The notes under the pieces: model-generated
Databases searched by the model: none
Told to the model about the DNA's origin: nothing
Seen by the model: only the letters and a program-made list of their open reading frames with translations
Translations under genes and position numbers: made by a program
Shown: one piece after another, positions 1 through 14,190 of the stretch
How positions within the stretch are numbered: position 1 is the stretch's first letter
How the letters are laid out: every line of letters begins with the position of its first letter
Assembly: GCF_009914755.1 (NCBI RefSeq)
Contig: NC_060938.1
Strand: one strand, 5' to 3'
DNA from: the human T2T-CHM13v2.0 reference genome, Homo sapiens
DNA: 64,000 bases

Positions 1-521
1 GGAAAATCAGGCACAGAGAGGTTAAGAAATTTTCCAAAGTCATATAGTTAGTATGTGGCAGAAATTAGGGATTCAAACTCCATGCAGTTAACTACTATTC
101 CATATTGCTTTTCTAAGTACCAGGTACTTGATCACAGAATTCTTAAGGCTCACTTTCACCAGCATGCTCAGAAAAAAGCCTATTTCTATTACCTTCCCTT
201 TTTATTTCCTATGCTGTTTGGCACAGAAACTCCAAATTCGTTTGAGTTGCAAGAGAGCAATGAGAGATGGTAAGAAAGACTACACAGATACTATCTCTGT
301 TATATCGAGATATATGTGATTTTGCACATACAAAGATGCTTGCAGTTGCCTTAAACCTACTATTTTTTTGTGCCTGTAATTTTTAGGACATCCTGAGCTG
401 ACTGAAATTACAATTCTATTAAAGTGTCAGGAAATTAAAGCATGTAAAACATCATAAATATTCCCCCTAATATGATAATTACACCATGCTCTTCCTTTAG
501 CAAGTTACTGTTTATTTTTTA

Positions 522-844
<323 letters not shown>

Positions 845-1889
845 TTCTCTTTCATTGATATTTAATGGATTATGCATTCCTAATCAGAAAAAAAATGAAA
901 CTACTTCCATTTTGAAAAATATGTATAGTAAATCCTGGAGAAAAAAAAATTGTGTCACCTATTTCCTTGTTTTTCCACAAATTAAAATCAGGCCATATAT
1001 ATATATATATAATGGATGCCATTTCTCAATGGAGAATAGATTCACTTTCCAGGATTAAAAAACAAACAAACAAACCACACACACACAACTCAACTACATG
1101 GCAATATTCATTGTGTGAATGTCAACACTAGATTTCCTTGACACTAAATTTTCTTGCAACTATTAATATAACTATTAATAAAAAGATAATACTTACTGAC
1201 AAGACCTTACATTTCTTTTGTTGAAAATATCACAGTTGATTAAAAATGTTGAAATTTTTTATCTTATGCAAACATATTTTATTGCTGTGCAAGATTGCCC
1301 TCTTGTGTTTTCTCTAGTTAAGTCATTATTTTTTATTGATTTAATATTAGCTTTTAACTTTTCCATCTAAAATTAACTCATTACTAAATGAATTTCAAAG
1401 CCTTTTATTCCAAACCACACAGATCAGAAGTTAATATTAGTGTTATGGTTTGTGGTATATAGTGTACCTTTTTAAATATATGAACTAACTTATAAAATAC
1501 TACGGCCTAAGGGTAAGAAAAAGCAGAGTCAAACAGAAGTAAATACATAAAGAAAAATTTAGAATAATGTCAAGGAATTCTAAAGCCCTGATACTAACTT
1601 CCTACATTAATGATACAGCCAATTAGTCTATTAGTATAGGTCTAGCTTAATATCTTTGCGGTCTATTTCTTCCTTTGCTTATTTAATTACTATAGGTATA
1701 TAAAAACACAATAACATTCTTTATTGTTTTGAAATTTTTTCCTTGTGTATTAAATTAGCATTTTTCTTTTAAATATTGCCTAACTAAAACAAGTATTCTC
1801 ATATGTTGTTAGTGGAAATGTAAATTTGGTACACTCTCTTTGTAAATTAAATCAGCAGTATATATTAAGAACCTTAAAAAATAATTAGG

Positions 1890-2530
<641 letters not shown>

Positions 2531-3188
2531 ACTTCTAGGAGTTATCTTAAGAGCATAATCCTAAGCATTCAAATAATTTTATGCCTAAACTGCTCATCAT
2601 AGCATTATTTATAGTGCAAACATTAAATAAACATTATAGTGCTGCTTTCCCTTCTGACACTTTATTATTTGGAGGAAGAACAAAATAGAGCTAGGCGATG
2701 AATTCCTTCACCATAACCTAAGCATGGTCCTGTGTTAGATTAGATTGGAATGCAATCATACAGTGAAATCTTTTGCAATGAATAGAATTTTAAGGTAATA
2801 TTTAAAATAACACAAACTTTTAAAGTGCTATGATGTTAAGTTTAGAAAAATCAGGATATAAATGTGTAGGTATATGTGTATGTGTGTGTGTGTATCGTAG
2901 TAATCTAAAAGTAATCCTCCTGAAACTACACACAAAGACTAAAATGTAATGTTTCAAAATATTACTAGTGGTTGTCCTTTGGTTGTGGTATTATGTTGGG
3001 TTTTTCTTCATTTTTCACTTGTCTACATTTTCCATGTTTTTATGTTGAACATGTATTACTATTACAATAGATGAAATTCCCATGTTCTTATATTGGCAGA
3101 ATTGAGGTACTGCTCCTCTTTATACAGATCAGGAATTCTGTGGGCTGTACAAGCTCAGAAAACTTCTCTAAAGAAAACCAAAGCTTCA

Positions 3189-3654
3189 GGCTGGGCCTAG
3201 CCAGGGCTCACGCCTATAATCCCAGCACTTTGGGAGTCCGAGTCAGGAGGATGAGGAGTTCAAGACCAGCCTGGGCAATGTAGTGAGACCCTGTTTCTAC
3301 AAAAAATTACAAAATTAGCTCAGCATGGTGGTGCACACCTGTGGTCCTAGCTACTTGAAAGGCTAAGGTGGAAGGATCACTTGAGCCTTGGAGATTGAGG
3401 CTGCAGTGAGTCATGATTGTGCCACTGCACTCTAGTCAGCGTGACTGGGTGACACAGTGAGACCATTTCGAAATAAAGAAAGAAAGAAAGAGAGAGAGAG
3501 AGAAAGAAGGAAAGGAAGGAAGGAAGGAAGGAAGGAAGGAAGGAAGGAAGGAAGGAAGGAAGGAAGGAAGGAAGGAGAAAGAAGAAAGAAAGAGAAAGAG
3601 GAAGAAGGAAAGAAAGGAAGGAAGGAGAAAAGGGAAAGGAAAGGGAAGGCAAGG
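3189..3654 (+). mobile_element. Old Alu (AluJ-like) whose tail has become a GA-rich microsatellite
   Basis: Degenerate Alu body 3189-3470; TSD AAGCTTCAG at 3181-3189 and 3655-3663 brackets the body plus the purine tract. Confidence 0.88.
3475..3649 (+). repeat. Pure polypurine tract containing (GGAA)15
   Basis: 175 nt of only A/G; 15 consecutive GGAA at 3514-3573. Confidence 0.95.
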
Positions 3655-4029
3655 AAGCTTCAGCAATTAGCTCAGATACAGCATCCAATTGAATGGCTGT
3701 AGATAAGTGGGGTGCCCCTACCCCGCTAAAAGAGTGGGGAAGGTCCTTTCCTTCCTGATACTTTCCCTCTTAATACTTTTTTTTTGGACAAAGAGCAAAA
3801 TAGAGTTAGGTGATGGATTCCTTCACCAAACAAGTAAAAGAGCAAACAAAGCAACCATTTATTAAGTACTTAATGCATGCTAGGTTGGTTGAAAAGGGTC
3901 AGAAGCTAAATGTGATGCGAGGCTGAACAAAAAGAAGGATGATTACAGAACTTAAGCCATCTTGTAGGACCTCAGCTTACAGCTGAAGAATTGGTTTTAC
4001 TTACTGCCTGCAATTTTGCAACAATCCTT

Positions 4030-4545
4030 CTTTCCCTTATCTCTCATCCCCACTGCCAACAGCAATCCCTTTTCCAGACTGCAGCAAGAATGATCTTTTC
4101 AAAGAGCAAATCTTCAACAGATTCCAAGGGTACCTTGGGATAAAATTTAACCCCCTTGGGGTGGCTGACAAGGCCCTTTGTGATCTGGTTTCAGCTCTCT
4201 CATCTTACAGGCATTCTGATCTTCCCAGGCTTCATTTCTGATATTCCAGCTTGGAATGACCTCCCCTGTCTTGTTTGTCTAGCTAACTTCTGCTTACCCT
4301 ACATGTCTCAGATTAAATATTGCCTTCATTGGGAAACCTTAGCTGCCCTTGCCATGTGCATCCATTGTAGTCACTACTTTCTCTATCATAGCCCTTTCTG
4401 AATGTTACTTAAATCTCTGGTTTAATTGTCCTTCTCATTGTGACTAGGATCTGTGATGGCAAGTGCCAAGTCTGTCCTGTTCCTCATGGTACCTATACTG
4501 CCTAGCAGGCGAGCAGCTATTGTTCATTGAATGAATGAATAAGTG
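4030..4545 (+). mobile_element. LINE2 (L2) 3' fragment
   Basis: Degenerate L2-like pyrimidine-rich body ending ...ttgaatgaatgaat. Confidence 0.6.
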
Positions 4546-4739
4546 GGTGATTAAGTGAGTTAATCTGACCATATTTAACTTCTCAAAAACTTTCTTTCTT
4601 TGAAGAGGTACTCTAATTGATGCAAGTGCATACCAAACTAAAGATGATATACATTTTGGGATGGTGGTAGTCTTGGGGATACTGTGAGTACTTCATTCAG
4701 CACTGAAGTCCTAAATCCTGTTCCTTGTTCATGGATACA

Positions 4740-5086
4740 TAGTAGTCCCCCTCTATCCACGGTTTCACTTTCCATGGTTTCAGTCAATCACAATGTGAAA
4801 ATATTAAATGCAAAATTCCAGAAATAAGCAGTTCATAAATTTTAGGATGCACACTGTTCTGAGTCACATGATGATATCTTACACCATCCCACTCTGTCCC
4901 ACTCAGGATGTGAATCATCCCTTTGTCCAGCATATCCGTGCTGTTTGTGCTACATGTCTGTTAGTCACTCAGTAGCCAGCTAGGTTGTCAGATTGCAAAA
5001 AGAGTATATATAGCACACTATCCATGGTTTCAGGCATCCCCTGGGGACTTTGGAACACACCCCCTGCAGATAAGGGGGGGCTACTA
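4740..5086. mobile_element. MER44A-like non-autonomous TcMar-Tigger DNA transposon
   Basis: Terminal inverted repeats tagtagtccccctctatcc / gataagggggggctacta; internal ...gtgaatcatccctttgtccag... typical of MER44. Confidence 0.85.
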
Positions 5087-6398
5087 ATTGCATATGTGTG
5101 TATAGACTTTAAGGATTTCTGAAATTAGTTTTTCAAGTCCCTGTGGGAAAAAATAAACATCGTGATACATTGATGGATTGTTTTTAATCCTGAAAAAAAA
5201 GGCCTCTTCATCTAACAATAGGGGATATTCATTAAATGTTCATAAAAAATCTTTACAGACACCAGAAAACATTTGTATAATATTAAGGTTTTTAAAAGTA
5301 CACAAATTACATGTGCAGAAAAAGCTGATCTCTCCTATATAAAAAGAAATGTACATCTATTTACATAATAAAAAGATTGGAAGTACATAAAAGTGTGTAT
5401 TGTAATTATTTCTGAGGGTCATCTTGTGTAAAATACTTTTCTTTTTTACACTTTTCAGTGTTTCTCTGTATGAGCATGTATTACTTTTGTTAAAATACCA
5501 AGAGTTATATAAAAAAAAATAATAAGATGAATTCCTTGATATGTAGGCAGCAGTTTCAAAAAATGTTTTAAGACTAAAGAATAGCCTAGAGGCAGTTAAC
5601 CAATTGCAGTTACTTGAAGTGAATGAGGGGAGAGGCTAACTTGGGCTGGACCATAGAATTAACTCTTGAAATAGGCCATAAGCAGTAGTTCAGACAGCTG
5701 GTCAGGGAATGTCCCTCACCTTTACCACCTATCTCAATAGATCTAGGAAGTGGCTTTTTCTTTGCTTAACAATAGGTCCAGTGATAAGCAGAAATGCCCT
5801 CCTTCAAAGCTCCCTGAAGTGCAAAAAGACTAAGGAAGATCAAAGGAACCATTAGGCACTCCCTGAATTTCAAAGGTTTCTCCTATGGGAACTCTGAGAA
5901 GCAGCTGTGTGTTTGTACATTACATAGAAACTTCCATTACTGTGCATAAATATAACATGACAAATATCTTGGTCACTTTATCCTTTCCACTTCCTTACTA
6001 TGGTTGCATTTTTGGGTTGACAGTTTTGTAAACACATTAAAATGAGGAACACATCAAAATATATTAGGAATGGAGATCTACGTTCCTAATAGTAAGCACT
6101 ATCCTATTCTTAGCATATCATGTTTGTCCTTTCTAAGCCTAGTTTTTAAAAGTCTTTGTTTCTATATTTTCTCACTCAGAGACAAAATAATGAAATAAAC
6201 ATTTTGTTTCACATAACTTGTGTTTTAATGCAATATTCAGGCATTACAAAATCATTTTCCTTTCCTGGACTGGCTTCACAGAATCAGTCCCCATAATGAT
6301 GGAAAATGTCCCTTCACCAAAACATGTGATGCACGATGTAGTGAGCTAAAGCCAAAATAATTCAGTCAACCGTGTGTATGTAGACTGTTGTATTGTTA

Positions 6399-6812
<414 letters not shown>

Positions 6813-7397
6813 CATCTGTGATTATTTTAAGTAAAATAATCTTAAGACCCAAGTATATCATATATATGATGAGAAGTTCTATATAAGTAAACTTAGTTAA
6901 AGGTATATACACCAAGAGTGAGATCTACATTCTGAAAAGGTATAGAACAAGATCAATCTTTCATTCTTGTATTCAAAATAATGTATTATGTATATACCAA
7001 TAAAAAGAGGAATAAGACATAATTCCTACCCTTAAAAGACTTCTAGAAGAAGCAACAGAAAAACAACGATCACAGAAGTCTGCAGCACTCACAGAGTAGG
7101 TAGAAGCCAGTTTTGCGAGAGGTGGGGAGGTGTGTGTGGTGTGTGTGTGTGTGACAGAGAGAGAAAGAGAAGAGAGGGAAGGGGGGTGCATTATGAGGGG
7201 TGATGATTCCAGGGACCATCAGCACAGACACAGAGGCCAGAAATCATCTTGTACATTTTGGCAAGTGCAAGTTACTTGGTTCAAAGGTCATTCATTTATA
7301 TACACAATAATTATTAATTGAATATTTTGGGTTGAAGCTGTGAATGGCAAGAAGTAACTGCTGCTTCAAGGTAAGATCACCAAAAGGGCTTTGTTTA

Positions 7398-7895
7398 TGT
7401 AGTGAACATAAGTGGTTGCCTTAACAGCATCCACTCCACATTCTTCTTCCTAACACAAACCCAATTTTGTTTAGTATACATCCCTTTTCCACACACCCAT
7501 ACACCTCCAAGGAAGCTCACCTCACTCTTAATCTCCTTCCAGTGATTGACTCAGAAATAGCATGTGATATATTCTAACCAAGAACATAGCCAGAGAAGTT
7601 GGTTAGAGGTTTCTGGAAAAGTAAATCTGCGAGTTACTGAAAGCCTCTCCCTTCCTCTTACTGGGCATGAATAAAGAAGCACTTAGCCCCAAACACTTTT
7701 GGCAGCCATATTATAACAATGAAGGAAATCAGCATTAGGATGGAGCTGATTCTGTGAATGGAAGGAGAGAGACAGAAACTTGGGTTCACAATGATATCAT
7801 GAAACAACTAATCCCGAACCTCGCTCTGCCTCTGACTGTCTCATTTCCTTATTTTTTTTTAAAGCCAGATTGAGCTTGTGGCCAAAGCACCCTAA
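7398..7895 (+). mobile_element. MaLR LTR fragment (MLT1J/K/L-like)
   Basis: tgtagtgaac... start and MLT1-type motifs (ccagtgattgactcag, ttggcagccat); highly diverged. Confidence 0.55.
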
Positions 7896-8029
7896 CCAAA
7901 GTTTAGATTTGATTATTAGGCTATGGGAGTCTCTGAAGAGATTTAAGCCAGGGAGTGACAAAATAGGTTTGTATTTTGTAAGGGTGGCAGTGGTAGAAAT
8001 GTTGAGGATGGATGGGTGGGATGGGAGAT

Positions 8030-8230
8030 CAGCTAACATTTACGGGGGCTTCCTATATTCTCTGTATTAAACCTTTACATATAATAATTCATTTTACCCT
8101 TCCAAAACCCTACAAGGCATGTAATATTATCCATATCCGATATGAGGAATCTGAAGCCCAGACACATTAAGTTGTCAACACCACACAGCCAGTAATTGGC
8201 AGAGCCAGGATCTGAACTCCAATTTTACTT
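8030..8230 (-). mobile_element. MIR SINE
   Basis: Reverse MIR core: gatatgaggaatctgaagccc...cacacagccagtaattggcagagccaggatctgaac. Confidence 0.75.
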
Positions 8231-11146
8231 AGATACTCCTTCATCCCCCAGCCACATACATCAGGAGAAGCTCACCTCATACTCCATCTCAGACAGGCCT
8301 GATTGACATAAGAGTAAATCCAGCCCCTTTCCAGTGTCTGGCTCAGGAATAGGCCAGTGATCCAATTCTGGTCTGGCTTCTGACCACCAATTCATAGGGT
8401 TATCATAAGAACTAAAGGAGCTATTATTTATAACATGCTTAATACATGGGAAGACCACAATAAATGGTAGCTATTGTTATTATTAAAAGCTTCTATTATC
8501 AAGAACAACTGAGAAAGAATGTCCAAAGGAGGGCAAGAGAGAGTGGAGAAGCCAAGGGAAGAGTTTCTGGAAGGACACAGCAGGATGAAATGCCACGATG
8601 GAATAAAGTGATGTGAGAACTGGAAGAGTCTAGTTAGGACATAACAGGTGATTTTTTGCCAGAGTGTTGTTTGAAGAAGGGCTGAGATTGAAGCCAACCC
8701 ACCAATGAAGAGTGAACCTGCACCTGAGTAGAGACAGTGGATACCTATTGCAGATTAGGAGTTTGTGGTGAAAAGGAGGCAGGAAAAGGATGGTAGTGGG
8801 AGAAATCTCTAAATGGGGCATGTTTATAAACTTTGAGGCAGTAGCTAGCAAAGGTAACATGGAAAATTCAGGAGAGAGAAACAATGATGGGACAGGTTCT
8901 AAAGGAGCCTGAAAGAGAAAGCATCAAGCCCACAGGTAGAGGGAGGTATTAGTCATGAAGAATTGATCCATCTTCCACCCTCTTAAGACTGGGAGGGAGG
9001 AGGTAAGGGTAAGTTCAGATACAGATGAACTTATAGGTATGGCAGTAGAAGGCACACCTATGAAATAGTTCACTTTTCTTAGTGAAATGGAGGCAGGGTT
9101 ATCTGCTGAGAGTGTGAAGCAAGTAGTGGTTGAGGACAGTTGCTGTTGGATGAAGCTGGCCTTGGAGACAGGTTAAAACAATTCTAGACAGCTGAAGGCA
9201 TAGCTAAATTAGAGACCAAAAATTTTTTGGCTCTAATATGTAGGAATATATGATTCTCTCCAACATGTCTCACCAGCCCAGGTGTATCTGTGAGAATCAC
9301 CCTGACCATGTCTTCAGGCAGGTCATGAAGAGTTAGTGTGAGGTTGAAAATAATGGAAATGGGGACCATTTGACCACAACCCTCTCTGGTTCTTCATAGT
9401 CCTCTGAGGCCTCAGTTCTACAAACAAAATTGATGCCTACCTACAATTGGTACTGCCATCCACTACTGGCAAGGGGAAAGAAGTTTAAAGAACAGACTGT
9501 CATTCCCCAAATTCGAAGGGAAGAATCAAATTGTTAGTCTTTTACCTGGGCATCTCAGAGTGTTCTAAGATTACAGGTAATACAACAATATACTAATATT
9601 CATCCTTTGGTTAAGTTCTTCAGCTCTCAAATTTGATGTATGTTCTTTCTTTCATTCAAGATGAAACAAAGTTAAGGACATTCATTTTCAGGGCTTTATG
9701 TATAATAGATAGGATTAGTGGGATTAAGAACCACATGACATGTAAAATAAAACTACACAAATATTTAAATTATTTAGTATGTGTGCCTATGGCACATAAC
9801 AATGTCATCCTGCTGTGTCAAGGGAACTTAAAGCATCTTTCCATTATTCATTCCCACAGTTACCTTTCAGGTAGGTACACAGCTAGGTTTTCTCTCTAAA
9901 CCTAGCCAATAAGAGAAAAATGCCTCACTGTTAGAAAGAATTAAATAGAAATTTTTCTCCTTCCAAGCTGATTTCAAGAAATTGCTTCAGGATGTTGTTT
10001 TAAAATTGCTATTGGTTATTTTAATTGATTTAATGAGAAGCTTTTTTTTCTTCTAAAAAATTAAGGCATGTTCTCTTCTTCCTCAAAAGAGAACAACAAT
10101 AGTAAAAAAAAAAAAAAAAAGAAAAAAAAAGAAAAGAAAAAATGGCTGTTGCTTCATAGGATATTACAAAACAATGAAAATATCAACTAACCACACAGAA
10201 GAGTATCACTGCTACACTCACCTTGCTCTGAGCCCATTCTTTCCTATGAAGTATTGCTCATGGAGGTAGTTGTTTTTTCAGAGTCTCATAATAGTAAATA
10301 TGTCTAAAGCATTAGAGTGAACTAATCCTATTTCTATGCCTAAAATAGTGCTATCATCCTATCAAGTAAACATGAATCAAATAGAAAAGATTTCATAAGT
10401 TATAAAGGCAATTTTTTTTAGAGATGTCATCTGATTTAGAAGGCCAACATTGTAATTTTAATACTGGGATATAAAGAAAAATCACTGGGGCTGAGACATT
10501 AGAATTACCCCACTAGTTATTGAGGAGGTCAGAATTTACTTTGTCATTATAAGCATTCTAGGTTACTGAATGAGAGACTGGTGTACTTCAGTCAAAAAGC
10601 TTAACAATTTCCCTTTTATGTGTTTGATATGTGAATACAAAGTGACTAACATTTACTCCCTGGCCTCAAGAAGGTCCTTACAACTCTTGACTTTCTGAAA
10701 ACCACTTTGAGACAACATCTGGTCAGCTCCTCAGTGTGACAGAGCTCAATGCCAAGTTGCAACACAGAAAGAACAGGAAGGCCTGCTGCCATTCATTCAC
10801 TACAGTGAAGGTACATGCTTTTTAGGAAGGGCTTACATTTAAAAGTAAATTACTGAGAGGTATTTTTCTAAGTAAAATTCACCCTTAAACATCTCTTATG
10901 GAATTATCTGGTGCCTCTTGGGCCAGTTTTTCCACCATGATTTGAACAGATCATTGTTTCATTGGCTGACTACCCAGGTTACACTTAGAAACTTTGAAAA
11001 ACATGTATCTTTAAACAATGTATGCACATTTGGAAACATGGTTTTGTTTTGTGCTTTTTAAAAGACAGAAAAGGGATCACGCTGTACTTATACATCTCAT
11101 TTATATCCCCCACACATCAAGGTGTTTAGGAGGTTTTCAATGTATC

Positions 11147-11985
<839 letters not shown>

Positions 11986-12689
11986 CGGCAAAAAGTTGCA
12001 AACGTGTTCCGTCATAGAATTATATATTGAAAACGTCCATCTGCGGCACACCAGACCAGCTCTATAAATCAGGTTTTTAACAAAACCGAATTTGTTCAGT
12101 GAGCGGGTGAGTTACACTACCTGTCTCAGCTCAGACCTGCCGGGAGTCAATTGTGGACTAGAGCAGAAGGCGCCCAGCCACAAGCTCAAGTTCTATCCCC
12201 TTTGCACTCGATAGGCAGATCCCCTGGGAGGATGAGGCCACCTGTTTACCAGTGCTTCCTAACCTATTTGTGTCACAAGTTTAGGAGTGTGCTTCTTAGC
12301 CCTGGTCACTCTCTTTCACCACCTCTCTCTAACCCTTCCCCAGGTGTGCTAGCAATTGCCCAACACCTGTCAGTCACTTTTGCCTCCAATTTTACTGGGT
12401 GCGAGGAGCAGAGTAAGGAGGGAGAGGAAGAGGGCTGACTCCCTTGCCTCAAAGTGGCAAGGGCCAGCTGAACTTAATTCACACTGCAAACCACCACGTT
12501 TCGACAGCCATCCCCATATTTTCACAGCTCAAATCTTCCTTTCTTTTTCGGTCGGCTTCTCTGATTTGCTCCATTTTTAATCGCTCCTCCCCCATCCTCC
12601 TTGCCCCTGGTCAGGGCAAACATTAAACGCTGTGCAGCTTTAAAAGGGCATTTTTAGGTGACTTGTAAACGGCTTGTTCCACAGGCCCC

Positions 12690-14100
12690 GAATTGGCGAG
12701 ATTCGCTACAGCTCGGAGTGCGCGGTAGACTTTAAGCAGGGAGCGCCTGCCCGGTCCATCCCTCCCCGGCCCCGCGTGGCAAGCACCGCAGGTTGAGGCG
12801 CCCCCAAACCGAGGAAGAGGGTTTGGGAGCCTGTGACTCCAAAGCCCTCTGCAACTTCCCGGCCCCACAGCCCCACCCACTAGCACGCGGCCTTCCCCGC
12901 AGCCCCCAGGAGACACCTTTGTCCCCGCCCCTCCACAGGTCACCTCCCTCCACGCCCCTCTCTCTTGGCCCGGGCAGCCGGCAGGCAGGGAAGTGTCGTA
13001 AAGCCAGGCCCAGGAAACTTTACCCGGCCTAACAGCTGAGGCGCTTTACGGCGACGGCGGCTGAGTGAGAACCTTGGCGGCTGTGGAGGCTGCCGCGGCT
13101 GCGAAGGAGGCGGCGGCGGTGGCGGAGGAAGAGGAGTGGCGGCAGCGGCGGCGGGGACCCGTGCGGGGTGAGCCGTGAGGAGGGGCCGCGAGTGACAGGG
13201 CTGGCGGGTGGGCCCGGGCGGACGGGGACGGTGGCCGGCTGAGCAGCTGGGCGGCGCTGAAGAGCGGGGGGGTGGCGGGGAATTGGGGGGCAGCTCCGTG
13301 AGGGACGGTTTCTGCCTTTGTTCCCCCCACCTCGGCCGCCCCCCATCCGTCGCCCCCTGTTCTCCGCGCTCCTCGGCCGGGTTTCATGGCCTCCCCTCTC
13401 GGTCTGTGTCGCTTCTAGGATGGCGGAGGTACCGCCTGGGCCTAGCAGCCTCCTCCCACCACCAGCACCTCCGGCCCCGGCGGCGGTCGAGCCCCGCTGT
13501 CCCTTCCCGGCGGGGGCCGCCCTCGCCTGCTGCAGCGAGGACGAGGAGGACGACGAAGAGCACGAAGGCGGCGGCAGCAGGAGCCCGGCGGGCGGAGAGT
13601 CGGCGACGGTGGCGGCCAAGGGGCATCCGTGCCTCCGCTGCCCTCAGCCGCCGCAGGAGCAGCAGCAGCTCAACGGATTGATTAGCCCCGAACTGCGGCA
13701 CCTCCGGGCGGCCGCCTCCCTCAAGAGCAAGGTCCTGAGCGTAGCAGAGGTGGCCGCGACCACAGCCACCCCTGACGGAGGCCCCAGAGCGACTGCAACA
13801 AAAGGAGCCGGGGTACACTCGGGCGAGAGGCCCCCTCACTCCCTCTCTAGTAATGCAAGAACTGCGGTCCCCAGCCCGGTGGAGGCAGCGGCGGCGAGCG
13901 ATCCCGCGGCGGCCCGCAATGGACTGGCCGAGGGCACCGAGCAGGAGGAGGAGGAGGAAGACGAGCAGGTGCGGCTGCTGTCTTCGTCCCTGACCGCCGA
14001 CTGCAGCTTAAGAAGCCCTTCGGGCAGGGAGGTTGAGCCTGGGGAGGATCGGACGATACGATATGTCCGATATGAATCCGAGCTACAAATGCCCGATATC
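12690..14100. promoter_or_regulatory. NAA30: CpG island / TATA-less promoter of NAA30
   Basis: Sharp rise in GC and CpG density; GC box CCCCGCCCC at 12923-12931; spans exon 1, intron 1 and exon 2. Confidence 0.92.
13040..13167 (+). other. NAA30: NAA30 exon 1 (5' UTR, no ATG); start approximate
   Basis: GGC-rich leader ending at donor GGG|GTGAGC (13168); a second donor-like GTGAGG at 13175; acceptor ttctag|G at 13418/13419, directly before the ATG. Confidence 0.75.
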
Positions 14101-14190
14101 ATGAGACTGATCACCAAAGATCTGTCCGAACCCTACTCCATTTATACCTATAGATATTTTATCCACAACTGGCCACAGCTGTGCTTCTTG
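13420..14190 (+). CDS. NAA30: NAA30 coding exon 2 (aa 1-257): Pro/Ala/Glu-rich low-complexity N-terminus and start of the GNAT domain
   Basis: [12 protein letters not shown]...[45 protein letters not shown] (Mak3/NAA30 DLSEPYS motif); donor TTG|GTAAGT, phase 0. Confidence 0.97.

Noticed and set aside
3377-3702. ORFs with periodic PSFL / KEGR repeats
   Set aside because: Translations of the GGAA microsatellite.
10104-10142. Orphan poly(A)-rich tract, possible processed-pseudogene tail
   Set aside because: No TSD, upstream poly(A) signal or recognisable mRNA-like sequence.
13318-13419. 34-aa N-terminal extension in the ORF track (MFPPPRPP...)
   Set aside because: Starts at a TTG inside intron 1; the acceptor at 13418 removes it.
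13029-13839. Long antisense and alternative-frame ORFs over the CpG island (196, 157, 151, 113 aa)
   Set aside because: GC-rich sequence is poor in stop codons; the products are low-complexity shadows of the NAA30 exon with no recognisable domain.
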